Source: the human T2T-CHM13v2.0 reference genome, Homo sapiens
Assembly: GCF_009914755.1 (NCBI RefSeq)
Contig: NC_060932.1
Direction: 5' to 3' (one strand)
Length of the DNA: 64,000 nucleotides
A program made the position numbers and the translations under genes. Shown piece by piece: positions 19,417 through 31,615 of this stretch. The stretch's first letter is position 1, and each line of letters begins with the position of its first letter. Under the pieces are notes generated by a model. The model was not told the DNA's origin. It saw only the letters and a program-made list of their open reading frames with translations, and made no database searches.

Positions 19417-19829
19417 TGTTGCATGGAGTCTTAACATTAGAAAACTGTTGAATGGCGGACAATGCTTTGTTATAACCAATGATCCACACCCATTTCAACT
19501 TATTTAAAAGTCATCATTAAAACGCTTTATCATAGAATCATAAAATTCACACAACCCTCTACCATAACAACATGTTAAATCACTGTAGGGTTCAGAAGAG
19601 TGTCTATGGAAGAGGAAGTCCACCTACAATCAGTACACAGTACAAACAAAGCACTGTTCTGGACACTGAATCTTTAAATACTGACAAATATCCTCTAAAA
19701 GCATTGTGATTATCGTTACTTTTATGATAGGGCCATTGAGGTTCCTGGAGCTTAAATGTCTTGTTCAAGGCATAAAGCTAACAAATGGCACAGCTCAAAT
19801 TTAACCCACATTGGCTTTTTTCATTCATT

Positions 19830-20000
19830 CATTTTTTTTTTCTTTCTTGCATTAATTTATTCCTTCACTTACTCAACAGCCATTTATTGTGGGCCTACTG
19901 ATACATGCCTGGCAATTTCTAGACACTGGAGTGACCAAAACAAACAATAATTCCTATACTCATGAGCTAACATTTTTGGTTAAGGGACCAAAAATAAATA
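19830..20000 (-). mobile_element. L2 3' fragment
   Basis: cattcattc...actcaacagccatttattgtgggcctactgatacatgcctggca..tctagacactggag. Confidence 0.6.
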
Positions 20001-20993
20001 GTAAACCGATTCAAAAGTCAAATTTTTTCATAGACAGACAGAAACACACACACACACATACACATATCCCTCTTTGCCTCCTTTACATAGAACCAACTAA
20101 GAAGAGAAAACAAGCAAGTGATGAAACCCTCCTGGTTCCTAAAACTATCTGCTGTGTTTTCTTATTGACCCCTGGAAACTATTGAATTTTTTAGTGAAAA
20201 ATTATTTAGGTTTTTCTTCTGTAACTTACCAGTACATTTCTGATCATTGAATCCTGTCCTATAACACCAATACACTATCCATTATTGTCAGAGTTTAAAT
20301 GGATATTTTTATAATTACCTCATACAGTTCAGTTATAAATAAATCTCCTCTGTGTCACTGTCTCCCCCCACCAACCACATCAGTATTACGTCCCTAGGCA
20401 GGAAATGTTTAAGAAAACAGATGAGTCCCAAACTGTGCCCTACAGGTCAGAAAATTCTGGCTTTATGGGACAGAGAGGAGGGGTAAATCTGCAAGGCCGT
20501 GACTCTTAATGGGAACTCCTTGCTTCTGGTTTTTCGAGTTCAATCTTACAGGCTGTGTCAATAGAAGAATCTCAGCTGCTCTCAAAAGCAGGAAGGAGCC
20601 TATTATCATGTTTGCTTCTGTTGAGATGCTAACAGAACTTTAGAAAAGAATACTGAAAAGTTTTAAAAGACTTTTATCTAGTGAACATCCCACAAACAGC
20701 ATTTACTTGTATTCTGATTCCTGATTCTGATTCCAGTATATAGAATACTTGATTCTAGAATATAGTCCCAGGAACAAAGAGAGTTTGGGAATCAATGCCT
20801 GGCTAATAATAGGAAGCACTCGAGAAATATTTGGTGGATGAATAAATGCATGCTTTGGTTTCTCTCTTCTCTCTTTCCCTTTTTTGTTGCCCTAGTTTCT
20901 TAAGTCTAAAGTAGAGAAAATAGATTGGTTTAGGAAGCAATGAAATAGATAACAATTTATATTTAATATATTTATGGTTAAGGAGCGAGATAA

Positions 20994-21326
<333 letters not shown>

Positions 21327-21438
21327 TAATGCTCTTCTATTCTTAAGAGATTTTGCATTATACAGGACTAGCCTTGTTTTGCATCCTCCTGATGTTTCAG
21401 TCATGCCAAACAGAACTGCATTGGAAAAATGCATGAGC

Positions 21439-21486
21439 TCAACATCTAGCCTTCTATACAGATCAACATCTAGACTTCTATACAGG
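21439..21486. repeat. 24-bp tandem duplication
   Basis: tcaacatctagccttctatacaga / tcaacatctagacttctatacagg. Confidence 0.9.
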
Positions 21487-24400
21487 CTGAACTAAAGGGC
21501 AAAAAAAAGGGAAACACATTTTTTGGGCACGTACTTTATAAGCAAACCTTGTATGCAGTATCTCCTTGTAGCTACTTCACAAAAGTTGCTGTGATTATTA
21601 CAGGTGAGGAAACTAAGAGTATATTTTGGCCAATGTTATAAAGCTGGAGAAGGATAGAGTCATAATTTGGATCTAGGTTTGTCCAAGACACAACCTTGCC
21701 TACAAATAAAATGATGTTCATTTCCACCCATGCATTTATTTTTTAATCATGTTAAAATTTTACATGCCTACCAAATTAATAGAAACAATTCAGCCCACAG
21801 TGGTTCAAATCTAAACAAAAAATAATTTATTTTGAAAATCACTAAGAGGTAGGAGACTCATTCATGTTTTTTTGTGTATCAGCCATTATTCTTTTCATTG
21901 TTGACCAGTGCTTCCATTGTATGACTATGCCATTTTTTTATCCCTTTTCCTATTGGCGAATATTTGGGATATTTTCTTCACATCAACAGCAATGGATTCT
22001 TCAAAAGAGGAAAGCAGTTTTTATTGAAAGAGTCTGGAAGCCTCTGGTGAGTTATGGCATCAAATCAGGGGACATTTTGACTGAACGAGTTCTGCCAGAA
22101 AAGGAAGGACACAAGTCAAAATCCTTTGCTTTTGTATTTCAGTGACCTTTGAATCTTATTGACCCCAGTCAGTCTTTAGAAATCAAAGCAGACTGCATCA
22201 CTAGATTTTCCTGTACCTTCAGTCTATCTGTTATCTTCTTGACTGTCTAACCAAAGTGATCCAAAGATGAATGAATTTAAAGATTTTCTACTGGTCTTGG
22301 TGTGTGAATATACATGGACTTCTTCACTTTTCAGGTCTTTATTTCTCTTTGTCTTATTAATTGCCTTCCACAAAGCAATAGAGCTATCTTAAAAGTACTT
22401 TGAAATCCCTGGATGAAAACAGCCAAAGCCCTGAAAAATATCAGCATTATTATATCAGTTAATAGGCAATTGAAGCTATGAAAGGAATAACCAGAAAGAC
22501 AAATGAATGGCCAAGAGGTAAAACAATTATTTAAAGGAGAAATAATGGGTAACAGTAACCAGGGTTCTGAGAACAGGAATAAAATGTATCAGGAGGAGAT
22601 GGATCTTAAAGGAATGTGGTACACTTAGACTTAATTAGAGAACTGTGAAAATGGACACTTCCAGACAATATCAGATAGCTTTGGTAACTCTTTATGTGAA
22701 TTAGTTAAAGCAGAAAGAACAGTCTTAGAATATGTTTTGATCTGTATTTTATAGAAGCATTGCCAGAGAAATACATTTTTAAGAAACTTCTCAAAACCTA
22801 AATGGCTGATATGTTAAAAAGAAAAAAAAAAGCAAATAAATAATAAAATCCTGAGAAACAAGAAATCATACAGTGAACAGCAATTGGCTGTTATGCCCTA
22901 ACCTTCAACTCTGAAAGTATGATGAACTAATGTGGTTGATCTCTTAGTTGAAACAAATGTTCAGAAATGTTGGAACGGAAGCACAGGAGACATGAGGGAG
23001 TGTGCTGGTTTTCTGGCCAGCCAAAGCGTCCACTGATATTAGAGGATGAGCAATTCATTTAAAAATACAAAATCAAATAAATTGTTTTTACCATAAAAGT
23101 GAGAGGGGTGGCATAAAACAAACATAATTACAGAATTACTAGGTTTTACAAAAGGTTTCTTTTTTTCTTGGAAAGGGCTATACAGATATTTGTATGGAGT
23201 TAAATCACAAAATACATTTAAAGCTCTCACTAAAGAATAGAAGAACTCAGACCCAAAATTCAGATTCAAACCCTTGCCGGAATATAATTTTATAGAATTA
23301 TGTTTTTTATTTGAACAAATTCAATCTTTTTAGACAAGGATAATAATTTCTGTAATAGTTTTACATGAGTTTGCAATTAAAGTATAGGTATTTACTTACC
23401 AAAGCATCCTGTTCTATATAAAAAGAGATTACGGATAAATAATAGTTTTTTTCAAACATTAACATTTCTTTCTTGAAACTCTTCATAAAGGTTAAGTAAC
23501 CACTAGCATTCATTAGGAAACCTAACTGCCTTGGAATGGAAAAAATGTCTTTTGTTTTATCCTGATACTAACAAAGAGTTTGAAAAAGAAAGATAAACAC
23601 TTTCCAGAACTATTTAGGTTGCTCTTTATAATAACTTGTTTTGTGAATAATCAGCCAATCTTTTAAAACTGCCTTGAATAAATAAACTGGAAACTGTTAG
23701 TCAAGTACATTTTTTTTTTTATTAAACTTAGAAGTCATCCTTGGGCTTAAAGGACCGAGGCTGTACTGTTTAGGGTATATTTTTCACTTGTTTTTTTCAT
23801 TGTTTGGTTCCTAACAACATCTGACAGTGCTTCGAGTATGCTTTCCAGAGGGGAAAACCTTCCTGGAACCCCAGCCAAACTCCATCTCAGCTGCATTTCC
23901 TTTCTAAGCATTAGAGCTTACAGTCTTGTCATGCAAGCCCAGAATAGACAGCACTTTCTCTTTCTGTACTAAAAAGGCTGCAGACCATAGTATATAATAG
24001 TGATGGTGAAGAATGAATCCCTGCCCCACCAATGGATTAAAGCAAGACAATAATGGTAAAAGGAAGTATCATACATGTGTAAAAAAATGCCTTTGACAAC
24101 AAGCATAGTGGGTCAAAGCACATATTTGCACATATACACATGTATAAATGTGCGTATATGAATATCTATATCTATCTCTATATACACACATACATATATG
24201 TACAGACAAACATGCTCTTCTTTAATAACTATGCTAAATTTGCTAATTCTGAAAATGTAACTTCTGGTATCACCATGCCCCCTAGCTCCACATTAAAGTA
24301 TTGTAGGAACTTTGAATAACCAGATGGTTGTTGTGTTTCTCCTTAAAACGTAGGTATCTCTTAATAAACTCCTACTAATACTACATAGTGTTTCAGAACA

Positions 24401-25078
24401 AATATATCACATTTCAGATTACATATAATATCATAGAAAGCATCATATTGCAGACACAAAATAAATGACAATCAATAAAAAACAGAAAACAGTGCCTTAA
24501 CTATATATACCCTAGTGGTCTAAAGAAGCCGTCTATCCATCTAATTCACAACACCAGCAGGTGGGCTGGGGACCAGGTAAAAGGTGCATGGGGACATGTG
24601 ATGCTTTGAATTGCCGAAATTCAAACGCAGAAAAATGCCTCAAATATCAAAAACAGTGTGGTTGGTGATACAATAAATATCTATAATTTTGACAAAAAGA
24701 GTTTTAGTCAAAATTTTGTAAACCTGTGTGAATTGCTTAATAAGCTTCGAAATCCCAATTACATGAGTTAAGAGGAGGATTGTCTCTTGGCAACCCAGAT
24801 TATAAATAAAAATTGTAAAAGAAAATGAGGAAGCAAAATAGAAAGACTTTGTTTCTATTTAATAAGAATTTGGAGGTTTTTCATGGATGTGGAGTCATTT
24901 TTCAGTTTTATTCAATGAAGAAAGTAACTCTGAAAGGACTAATATATTCATTGGGCTTTTAAAATTTCTGCGAATATAGGTCTGCATAAATCCCTCACCC
25001 TAAGGACTTGTATGTTTTTCTAATATGTATTCTGGGTAATATAATGTTCTTGATAAGGAGGAAATCTGTAAAATTTAC

Positions 25079-25750
25079 CTGCCGAAAATAAGGGAATTAT
25101 ATTTTCAATTGTTAGACCGCAGACCTTTAGAATACTTTGCAGCTCCGAGTTGTCTGTTGGCAGTATAGTTTCAATAAAGGCTTCAGGGAAGTGCCAAGAC
25201 CAGCTTCACTTTTCCCCTTTTTCTCTTTTAATCCCTGTGGGGCTCTGTGATTTTTTTTTTTCCATGGCTGGACTAAAGTTGTGTCAACGGGAGACTTGCA
25301 CCATAAAGACTGAAATGTTAAAGAAAGCTGCAAGGAACAGCTTTGAGGCAAGGTTTCAAGCTTTGTCATCACGCTTGAAGAATTTTCTGTTTAATGTACT
25401 GTAATGCAGTATTCAATGGGGACACGTTTAATTGAGTTTTACACAACCCAGTTGGGAGTAGCGCTGCAAGGTAGGTGATGTCTAGGTTTTTAATCTTCCA
25501 CTCCGGAGAGGCTTGTTGACAGAGAGGTTCTTTCTCTTTGTAAGAAAAAAAAAAGGAAGCATGAGAAATGATACATCCGTGGATAAAACCAATTGGCAAC
25601 CCCCAAAGGAATGGGGGCGATAAGGCGAATCCAGCACTTGTAAGAAATAAAAGAATCCAACTGTTCATTTAAATGAGAAACAACACGCGTGATGGAGGAG
25701 GCAGGGAGGCTGGGCTCAGGAATGCGGAGGAACTGAGACTGACACATACA
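25079..25750 (-). other. candidate non-coding exon / alternative first exon
   Basis: Donor CAG|GTAAAT at 25079/25078; possible internal acceptor (T11)cttacaaag at 25536; Inr-like TCAGTC/TCAGTT at 25731-25743; CCAATTGG at about 25590; locally elevated CpG; no repeats. Confidence 0.4.
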
Positions 25751-26338
25751 CCCACTGATGCAGGAGGAAGGAATCCCAGCACACAGTCAGGGGCTTGTTA
25801 GGGGGATTAGCACGGACATACTGACAGGTGTGTATTTTTAAGGAAAAGGAGACGAGAAGGGGGCATTTTTACATTAAGAACAATGAATAATGTGGCAGGA
25901 GTGGGTGGGGAGGGAGCTGCTATTACACAAACAGTACTTAAAATAAATCACCATTTCTTTCTAAAGTCCTAACCTAACCCCTGTATCAACTTGGGTAAAA
26001 ATAGCACCGGACCCTGTCAAAAAGACAAAATAATACCGTATATATCAGCTCCAAGGTATTAAATTTTCTTAGCTCTGGCAGTCCTTTTTTTTTCTCCTTC
26101 TTTAGCAGCATAAGCTGGCAAAAGCACGAAGCAGCTGCAGTATCCAAAGACTGCATTTCTGTTTTGTCTCCATGACACTAGGCCTAATATGTAACTCTGA
26201 AGTTGGTTCAAGCACAACCACAACCCTTTCAAAAAAATTTTTTTTAATATTTCTTATCAACTTTCTGGTCCCCAGCAGAGGAGAGCAACTAGATAAAGGA
26301 TTACTCAATATACTAATATATTTAAAGCATCCACTTAC

Positions 26339-26507
26339 AAAGGAATCCTTGTATTTGACCACTTCTTTTGTCCTGTGTAATCTTTTGGGGCTGTCCCTTC
26401 TGATGCCGTCCCTAACGGCGATGGCTAGTTTTTGGTGTGCCTGTGATTCTATCCTCAGAGAAGAGTGTGCATGATAACACAGATTCCCCTGAATTCCGGC
26501 ACTCCAC
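26339..26507 (-). other. candidate internal exon (169 nt)
   Basis: Acceptor tgttgtctctcattgcag|GTGGAG and donor CCTTT|GTAAGT; CpG-containing, unique sequence. Confidence 0.55.
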
Positions 26508-26979
26508 CTGCAATGAGAGACAACACTCGAAGAATGTTCTATTATCTTTCATCAGTGTTTGTGGCATGCAGATAACTAATGCATTGTTGCCTGTCAAGGT
26601 TGTTGCTAATTTAAGGCTGCTGACATGGTGCCTGATAGCCTGCTCTTCAGTATATTATTACCATGAGAAGTACTGCTTTCTTATCCTTTAAAATTAATTG
26701 GCTTTATTCAATAAATATCTCCAGCACTAGGCACTGGGAATGAAATGGATAATCATTCAGATTCTGTTCCTGGCTTCATGGAGTTTACAGTTTAGTCGTG
26801 GGGGGCAAGGGAGGAATAAGCTAACAGTCACGCAGATAATTATGACACTTTTAAATGAAAAATTAACTTGTGATTGGGATGTGGATAGTAAGTACACAAA
26901 AATAATTTTTGTTTTATTCACAGAATTGACCCAACACACCACTTGGATCATTTATAAAGATCACTTTGCTTGTTACACA

Positions 26980-27100
26980 TGTTCATTCAACAAATGTTTA
27001 TCATGCACCTACTATGTGTCAGACATTGTTCCACATCCTGCATGTAAAGTAGTGACAGAAACATGAACATTTCTGCTCTTATGGGGCTTACAGTTCAGGA
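26980..27100 (-). mobile_element. L2 3' fragment
   Basis: ttcattcaacaaatgtttatcatgcacctactatgtgtcagacattgttc...ctgctcttatggggcttacagtt. Confidence 0.7.
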
Positions 27101-27159
27101 TTTTCTCACTCACTTCTTTTTGCAACCTTATAAAATGGCTACTATTATGATGATATTAC

Positions 27160-27320
27160 TTAACACTGATGAAGCATATTGCACTTCTCAAAGGACATTT
27201 GCTTTTACCATCTCATTGAATGTATGCGTCAGTCATATGGGGTAGGTGTTGACCCATTTTACACAAAAGAAATCTGAGGCACAGAGAGATAAAGTAACTT
27301 TGCCAAAGTTTCACAAGAAG
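27160..27320 (-). mobile_element. MIR SINE
   Basis: cccattttacacaaaagaaatctgaggcacagagagataaagtaactt. Confidence 0.6.
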
Positions 27321-27886
27321 TGAAAATTAAATGTGTTAAAATTAAAATTAAATTTCCAATTTAATCAAGTATAATGTTCACTCTAAGATGGTCTCTGTCA
27401 TTGTGATTTGTTTTTCAGTAGTCTGGAACAGCGTTTCAATTTTTTGAAAGGCAAAGGTAATTATGAGAAATTGGGAGTCAGTTTGTCTAAGTAAACACCC
27501 CCACTTGAAATTTCCGATACGTGTCCCCTTGGGATTCTCAGTAAAAATCAGCTCGTTATGGTTAAAGGAGATGAAGAAGATTTAGCCTCACACAAACATA
27601 TAAATGGAAAAGAGGAGTATTTTAATAGCCTTTTAAGATAATTGTGGATATTCCTTTATGATTGAGAAAATCAACAAGTAATTTCTTAAAGGTTGGTAGA
27701 TTTTGAAACTGTATCGATGACTTTTGTACTCCATTGCATTACAATTCATTGGTCTCTCTTATGCATTGGTTGTTTTGAAAATAGTGATTCACTAAGTTAT
27801 GCAGATCTTGCAAATGCTAACACATTCATTATACCATATCAAATAATCACTTTCATTACACTTATACTGATTTAATCATAAAATTC

Positions 27887-27887
<1 letters not shown>

Positions 27888-27926
<39 letters not shown>

Positions 27927-28198
27927 CAGAGTTTCGTTCTTGTTGCCCAGGCTGGAGTGCACAATCTCAGCTCACTGCAACCTCTGCCTCCGGGTTCAAG
28001 CGATTCTCCTGCCTCAGTCTCCCGAGTAGCTGGGATTACAGGCATGCGCCACCATTCCTGGCTAATTTTGTATTTTTATTAAAGATGGGGTTTCTTCATG
28101 TTGATCAGGCTGGTCTCCAACTCCCATCCTCAGGTGATCCGCCTGCCTTGGCCTCCCAAAGTGCTTGGGATTATAGGCAAGAGCCACCGCACCTGGCC
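27888..28198 (-). mobile_element. AluSp with (CA)19 tail
   Basis: gagtttcgttcttgttgcc, gcatgcgcc, ctaattttgt; (TG)19 at 27888-27925 in place of poly-T; TSD ataaaattctt. Confidence 0.9.
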
Positions 28199-28525
28199 AT
28201 AAAATTCTTTAAGTATTGGTATACTGTCAAGTTTTCTGAAATTCTCATTTTTACTTGAAAGATGGAATTTTATTTTTGGCATAAAATACTTTAAATTGTT
28301 TTTGTTCTTTAAAAAAATCAGTTCAGAGGGACCTGATTAGTAATAGGCAGAGACCTTATCAGTTATGTTTTGGAAGAGTATAAAGGCTGAAGTACTGTGG
28401 TTTTATTATAGAAACCATTTAATACTAATCTGATGGCAGTTCTCAGTGGCTTGAGTTTGCAGAGCACAAAGCAAAAAAAGAAAAAGTACTAGGAATTATT
28501 AGGATAATTAAGGGCAAAAATTCAC

Positions 28526-28911
28526 TGTTTTAGTTCATTTTCTCTTTCTATAGCAGAACTACAGACAGATAAATTTATAATGGTAAGAAGTTTATTTTGG
28601 CTCATGGTTCTGGAGGCTGGGAAGTCCAAGAGCATGATGCAAACATCTGGTGAGGGCCTTGTGCTGCCTTATAACGTGGTGGAAGGTACCATATGGTGAG
28701 AGAGGAAGCCAAGGAATGCCAATTAGCTTTTTATAACAATCCACTCTCATGATAACTAAACTGTTCCCCCAAGAAAGGCATTAATTCCTTCATGAGGGTG
28801 GTGCCTCATGACCCAAACACCTTTCACTAGGGCCCACTTGAACACACTGTTGTATTGAGAAATTAAGGTTCCAACAAATGAACTTTTGGGGGACATACTC
28901 AAACTGTAGCA
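28526..28911 (-). mobile_element. MaLR solo LTR (MST family)
   Basis: tg...ca termini; ttggctcatggttctggaggctgggaagtccaagagcatg...catctggtgagggcctt...tttgggggacatactcaaactgtagca. Confidence 0.85.
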
Positions 28912-29219
28912 TCTAGTTAATGCAAAATTTATTTAGATAAGCTTATTTATTATATTGGTACAAAAATGATAATTGTTGGATTTTGTGTTTACCTTAAAGC
29001 AACCCTGCCATGGATTTCAGAGCCTCTCTCTGAGATAGCCTGAGTTTTGATAAAATCATAATTTCAGGGAGGAATCTATGAAATGATTGCATTCTCTGTT
29101 CAGGAATGGTTTGAAGATTTACTTATTTTTGTAAAGAATCAAGACAACCTATAAATGCTACAATACACTAAAAGAAAGATCTGCAGGAAACTCATTTTAG
29201 GTTTTGTTTCACTTCTGAC

Positions 29220-29470
29220 GTAGTGTTTAAGTTTATAAACCACTTGGTACCAGAACAGCTCGGGTTCTATTCCTGGCTCCCCATTTATTAGCGATGAGGC
29301 CTAATGTAAATTATCAAACTTCTGTTACTTCATTTCCTCATTATAAAACAGAGAAAACAAAAATGTCTACCTTATAAGATTATTTGGGGATTAAATAACT
29401 AAATATAAGTAAAGGAAGGGCTTGTATGTATATGGTTGGCACATGATAAATGGTATACAATTGTGAACTA
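29220..29470 (+). mobile_element. MIR SINE
   Basis: gtagtgtttaag...gggttctattcctggctccccatttattagc...catttcctcattataaaacagag...ggattaaataa. Confidence 0.6.
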
Positions 29471-29592
29471 ATGCTGCCTTAAACAAATTTGTACATATAC
29501 ACAACAGAACAATATGAACCTAAATCATAAAGAATCATAATTATTCAAAATTAAGGAGATGCTTAAGTGAATTGTATTAATTGTTATTTGAG

Positions 29593-29646
29593 TTGATATT
29601 ATTTGAATCATTGATATTATTTGAATCATTGATATTATTTGAATCA
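29593..29646. repeat. perfect 18-bp x3 minisatellite
   Basis: (ttgatattatttgaatca)3. Confidence 0.95.
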
Positions 29647-30132
29647 TCAATCTTTGCATCTATAGGGTGATTTTAGTTTCAACTACATATCTCTGAAATA
29701 TATTTGCATTTCAGGGATGGGGGCAGGTGACTTTGTGACAAGCCATGGTTGAGACCACTGCCATCTCACATAACTTCCCATTTACTCTATTGTTTCAGGC
29801 CCTCTTTAGCAAAGAAAGAAATTAATAAAACAATTCTTCTTCTGATATAATCAAGAAAGTACTTGGAGGGCCAAATAGCAATTCAGTGTCTGAATTAAAA
29901 GGAGAGTGAAAATTATCGATAACACACCTGCTCCAAAGAATACCTTTCTATCACAGTGATTTTGTGTGAATGCTCCCCAAAAGCACCACCTGCAAGATTT
30001 TGATAGATGTTCAATTCTTCCTTTCCATCTGTTGCTTTACACCTCAAATTCCCAAGCTCATACTTTGAAAATCACTTTGGAGACTGTGTAGCCTATGCAG
30101 AACTGGCTCTGTCTATGGTCCTTCAGATAGAC

Positions 30133-31615
30133 CTGCAGTTCTTAAAGTGTGGTCCATAGACCACTAGAGGGTCCTAAGAAACTTTCTAGAAAACCATAGG
30201 GTGAAAATATTATCATAATATTACTAAGAGGTTTTTTGCCTTTTCCATTGTATTGGCATTTGCACTGATGGTGCAAGAGCAATGATGGGTGAAACTGCTG
30301 AAACGTTAACATGAATCAAGGCAGTGGTACAAAATTGTTCTAAAAGTCTGCATTTTTTTACCACCAGACACTCAAGCAAAGAAAATCACAGTGTTACTTA
30401 AGAATGTTCTTGATGGAGCAATAAAATTTAACGCTCCCACTAAATCTAAACCCTTGAGTGCATGCCTCTTTAATATTCCATGTGACAAAATTAGAAATAA
30501 CTACAAAGTACTTTTGTTTCATATTAAAGCACTATGGTCATCTCCAGAAAAAACACTTGTATATCTGCCTGAGTTAAAAGTGGAATTAGCCACTTTTTCA
30601 TAGAACACAGTTTTTATTTGAAAGAATGTCTGACATACAAATTGTGTTTTTCAGATCTGAGTATTTGGCAGATATTTTCTCAGAAATAAATGAAAAGAAG
30701 CCTATCGCTTCAAGGAAAACAATTGTCATTACTTAAAGCCAATGATAAAGTAAAGCTTTCAAGCAAAAATTAGAATTTTTGAAATTCACGGTGTCTGCCA
30801 CTATGGGCTTATTAACAGCTTTCCAATACTTGAAAGTTTATCTGAAGAGATTAGTGGTGATAGTAGTGAATGTGATCTTTTGGTAGTATATGATGAAATG
30901 TACCAACAATGGGAAGATCTGCATAACTCAGTGAACCAATATCAATCAAATGATCAATGAATGACACTTCAAAATTGTGCGTAGGTAAAATGATTCATTC
31001 AAAATGCAACCTATGTGAATAGATTTAAAAATAACAAAGTAGGAAAAGTTCTTGATGTGGTGTCAGATTGCACACTGCAATTCACCTTTAGGAAGGTAAT
31101 ACTTTTTGAGTTTTAGTGTAGTATCAAAGAATTCCCAAATTATCTGAAGGGCTATTAAAGTACTCTCTTCTTTCTAACTACACATCTGTGCAAGGCCAGG
31201 TTTTCTACATAGAGTTCAATCAAAACAACATAGGACAGCAAACTAAATGCAGAAACAGATATGAGAATATCTTTCCTCTATTAAAGCCAGATATTAAGGA
31301 GATTTGCCCAAATATAATACAGTGCCAATTCTCACTTTTTTTGTTTTAAAAGATAGTTATTTTTATAAAAACATTTTATTTGTATTAAAATGCCATGTGT
31401 TTACTATTGTTATTTTTAAATGGATAAATACATACATATTTCTTAGCTTTGATTTCTATTGTGATACACCTCAGTAGAATGATATTGCTAGATAAAACCA
31501 AAGCTTAAACCAAAGCTCTTCGGTAGACTTAAGCCACATAAAACAAAGCTCTTTGGAGTCCTAAATTTTTAAGCACGTAATGAGGCCCCGGGACCAAAAA
31601 GTCTGAGAATCACTG
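30133..31615 (+). mobile_element. Charlie1a-type hAT DNA transposon, near full length (about 1.48 kb)
   Basis: Termini ctgcagttcttaaagtgtggtcc ... gaccaaaaagtctgagaatcactg; ORF 30391-30603 (LKNVLDGAIK...SKPLSACLFNIPCD...LLFH...W) is a decayed hAT transposase segment. Confidence 0.9.

Noticed and set aside
20221-20240. Isolated strong minus-strand donors (here, and near 2754, 49027, 50147 and 60750)
   Set aside because: No convincing upstream acceptor at exon-like distance; expected by chance in 64 kb
29593-29646. Direct repeats as a CRISPR-like array
   Set aside because: Head-to-tail with no spacers, in human DNA; a simple minisatellite
30391-30603. Possible domesticated hAT transposase (ZBED/Buster-like) exon
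   Set aside because: Lies within a decayed Charlie1a copy with degenerate motifs and flanking stops
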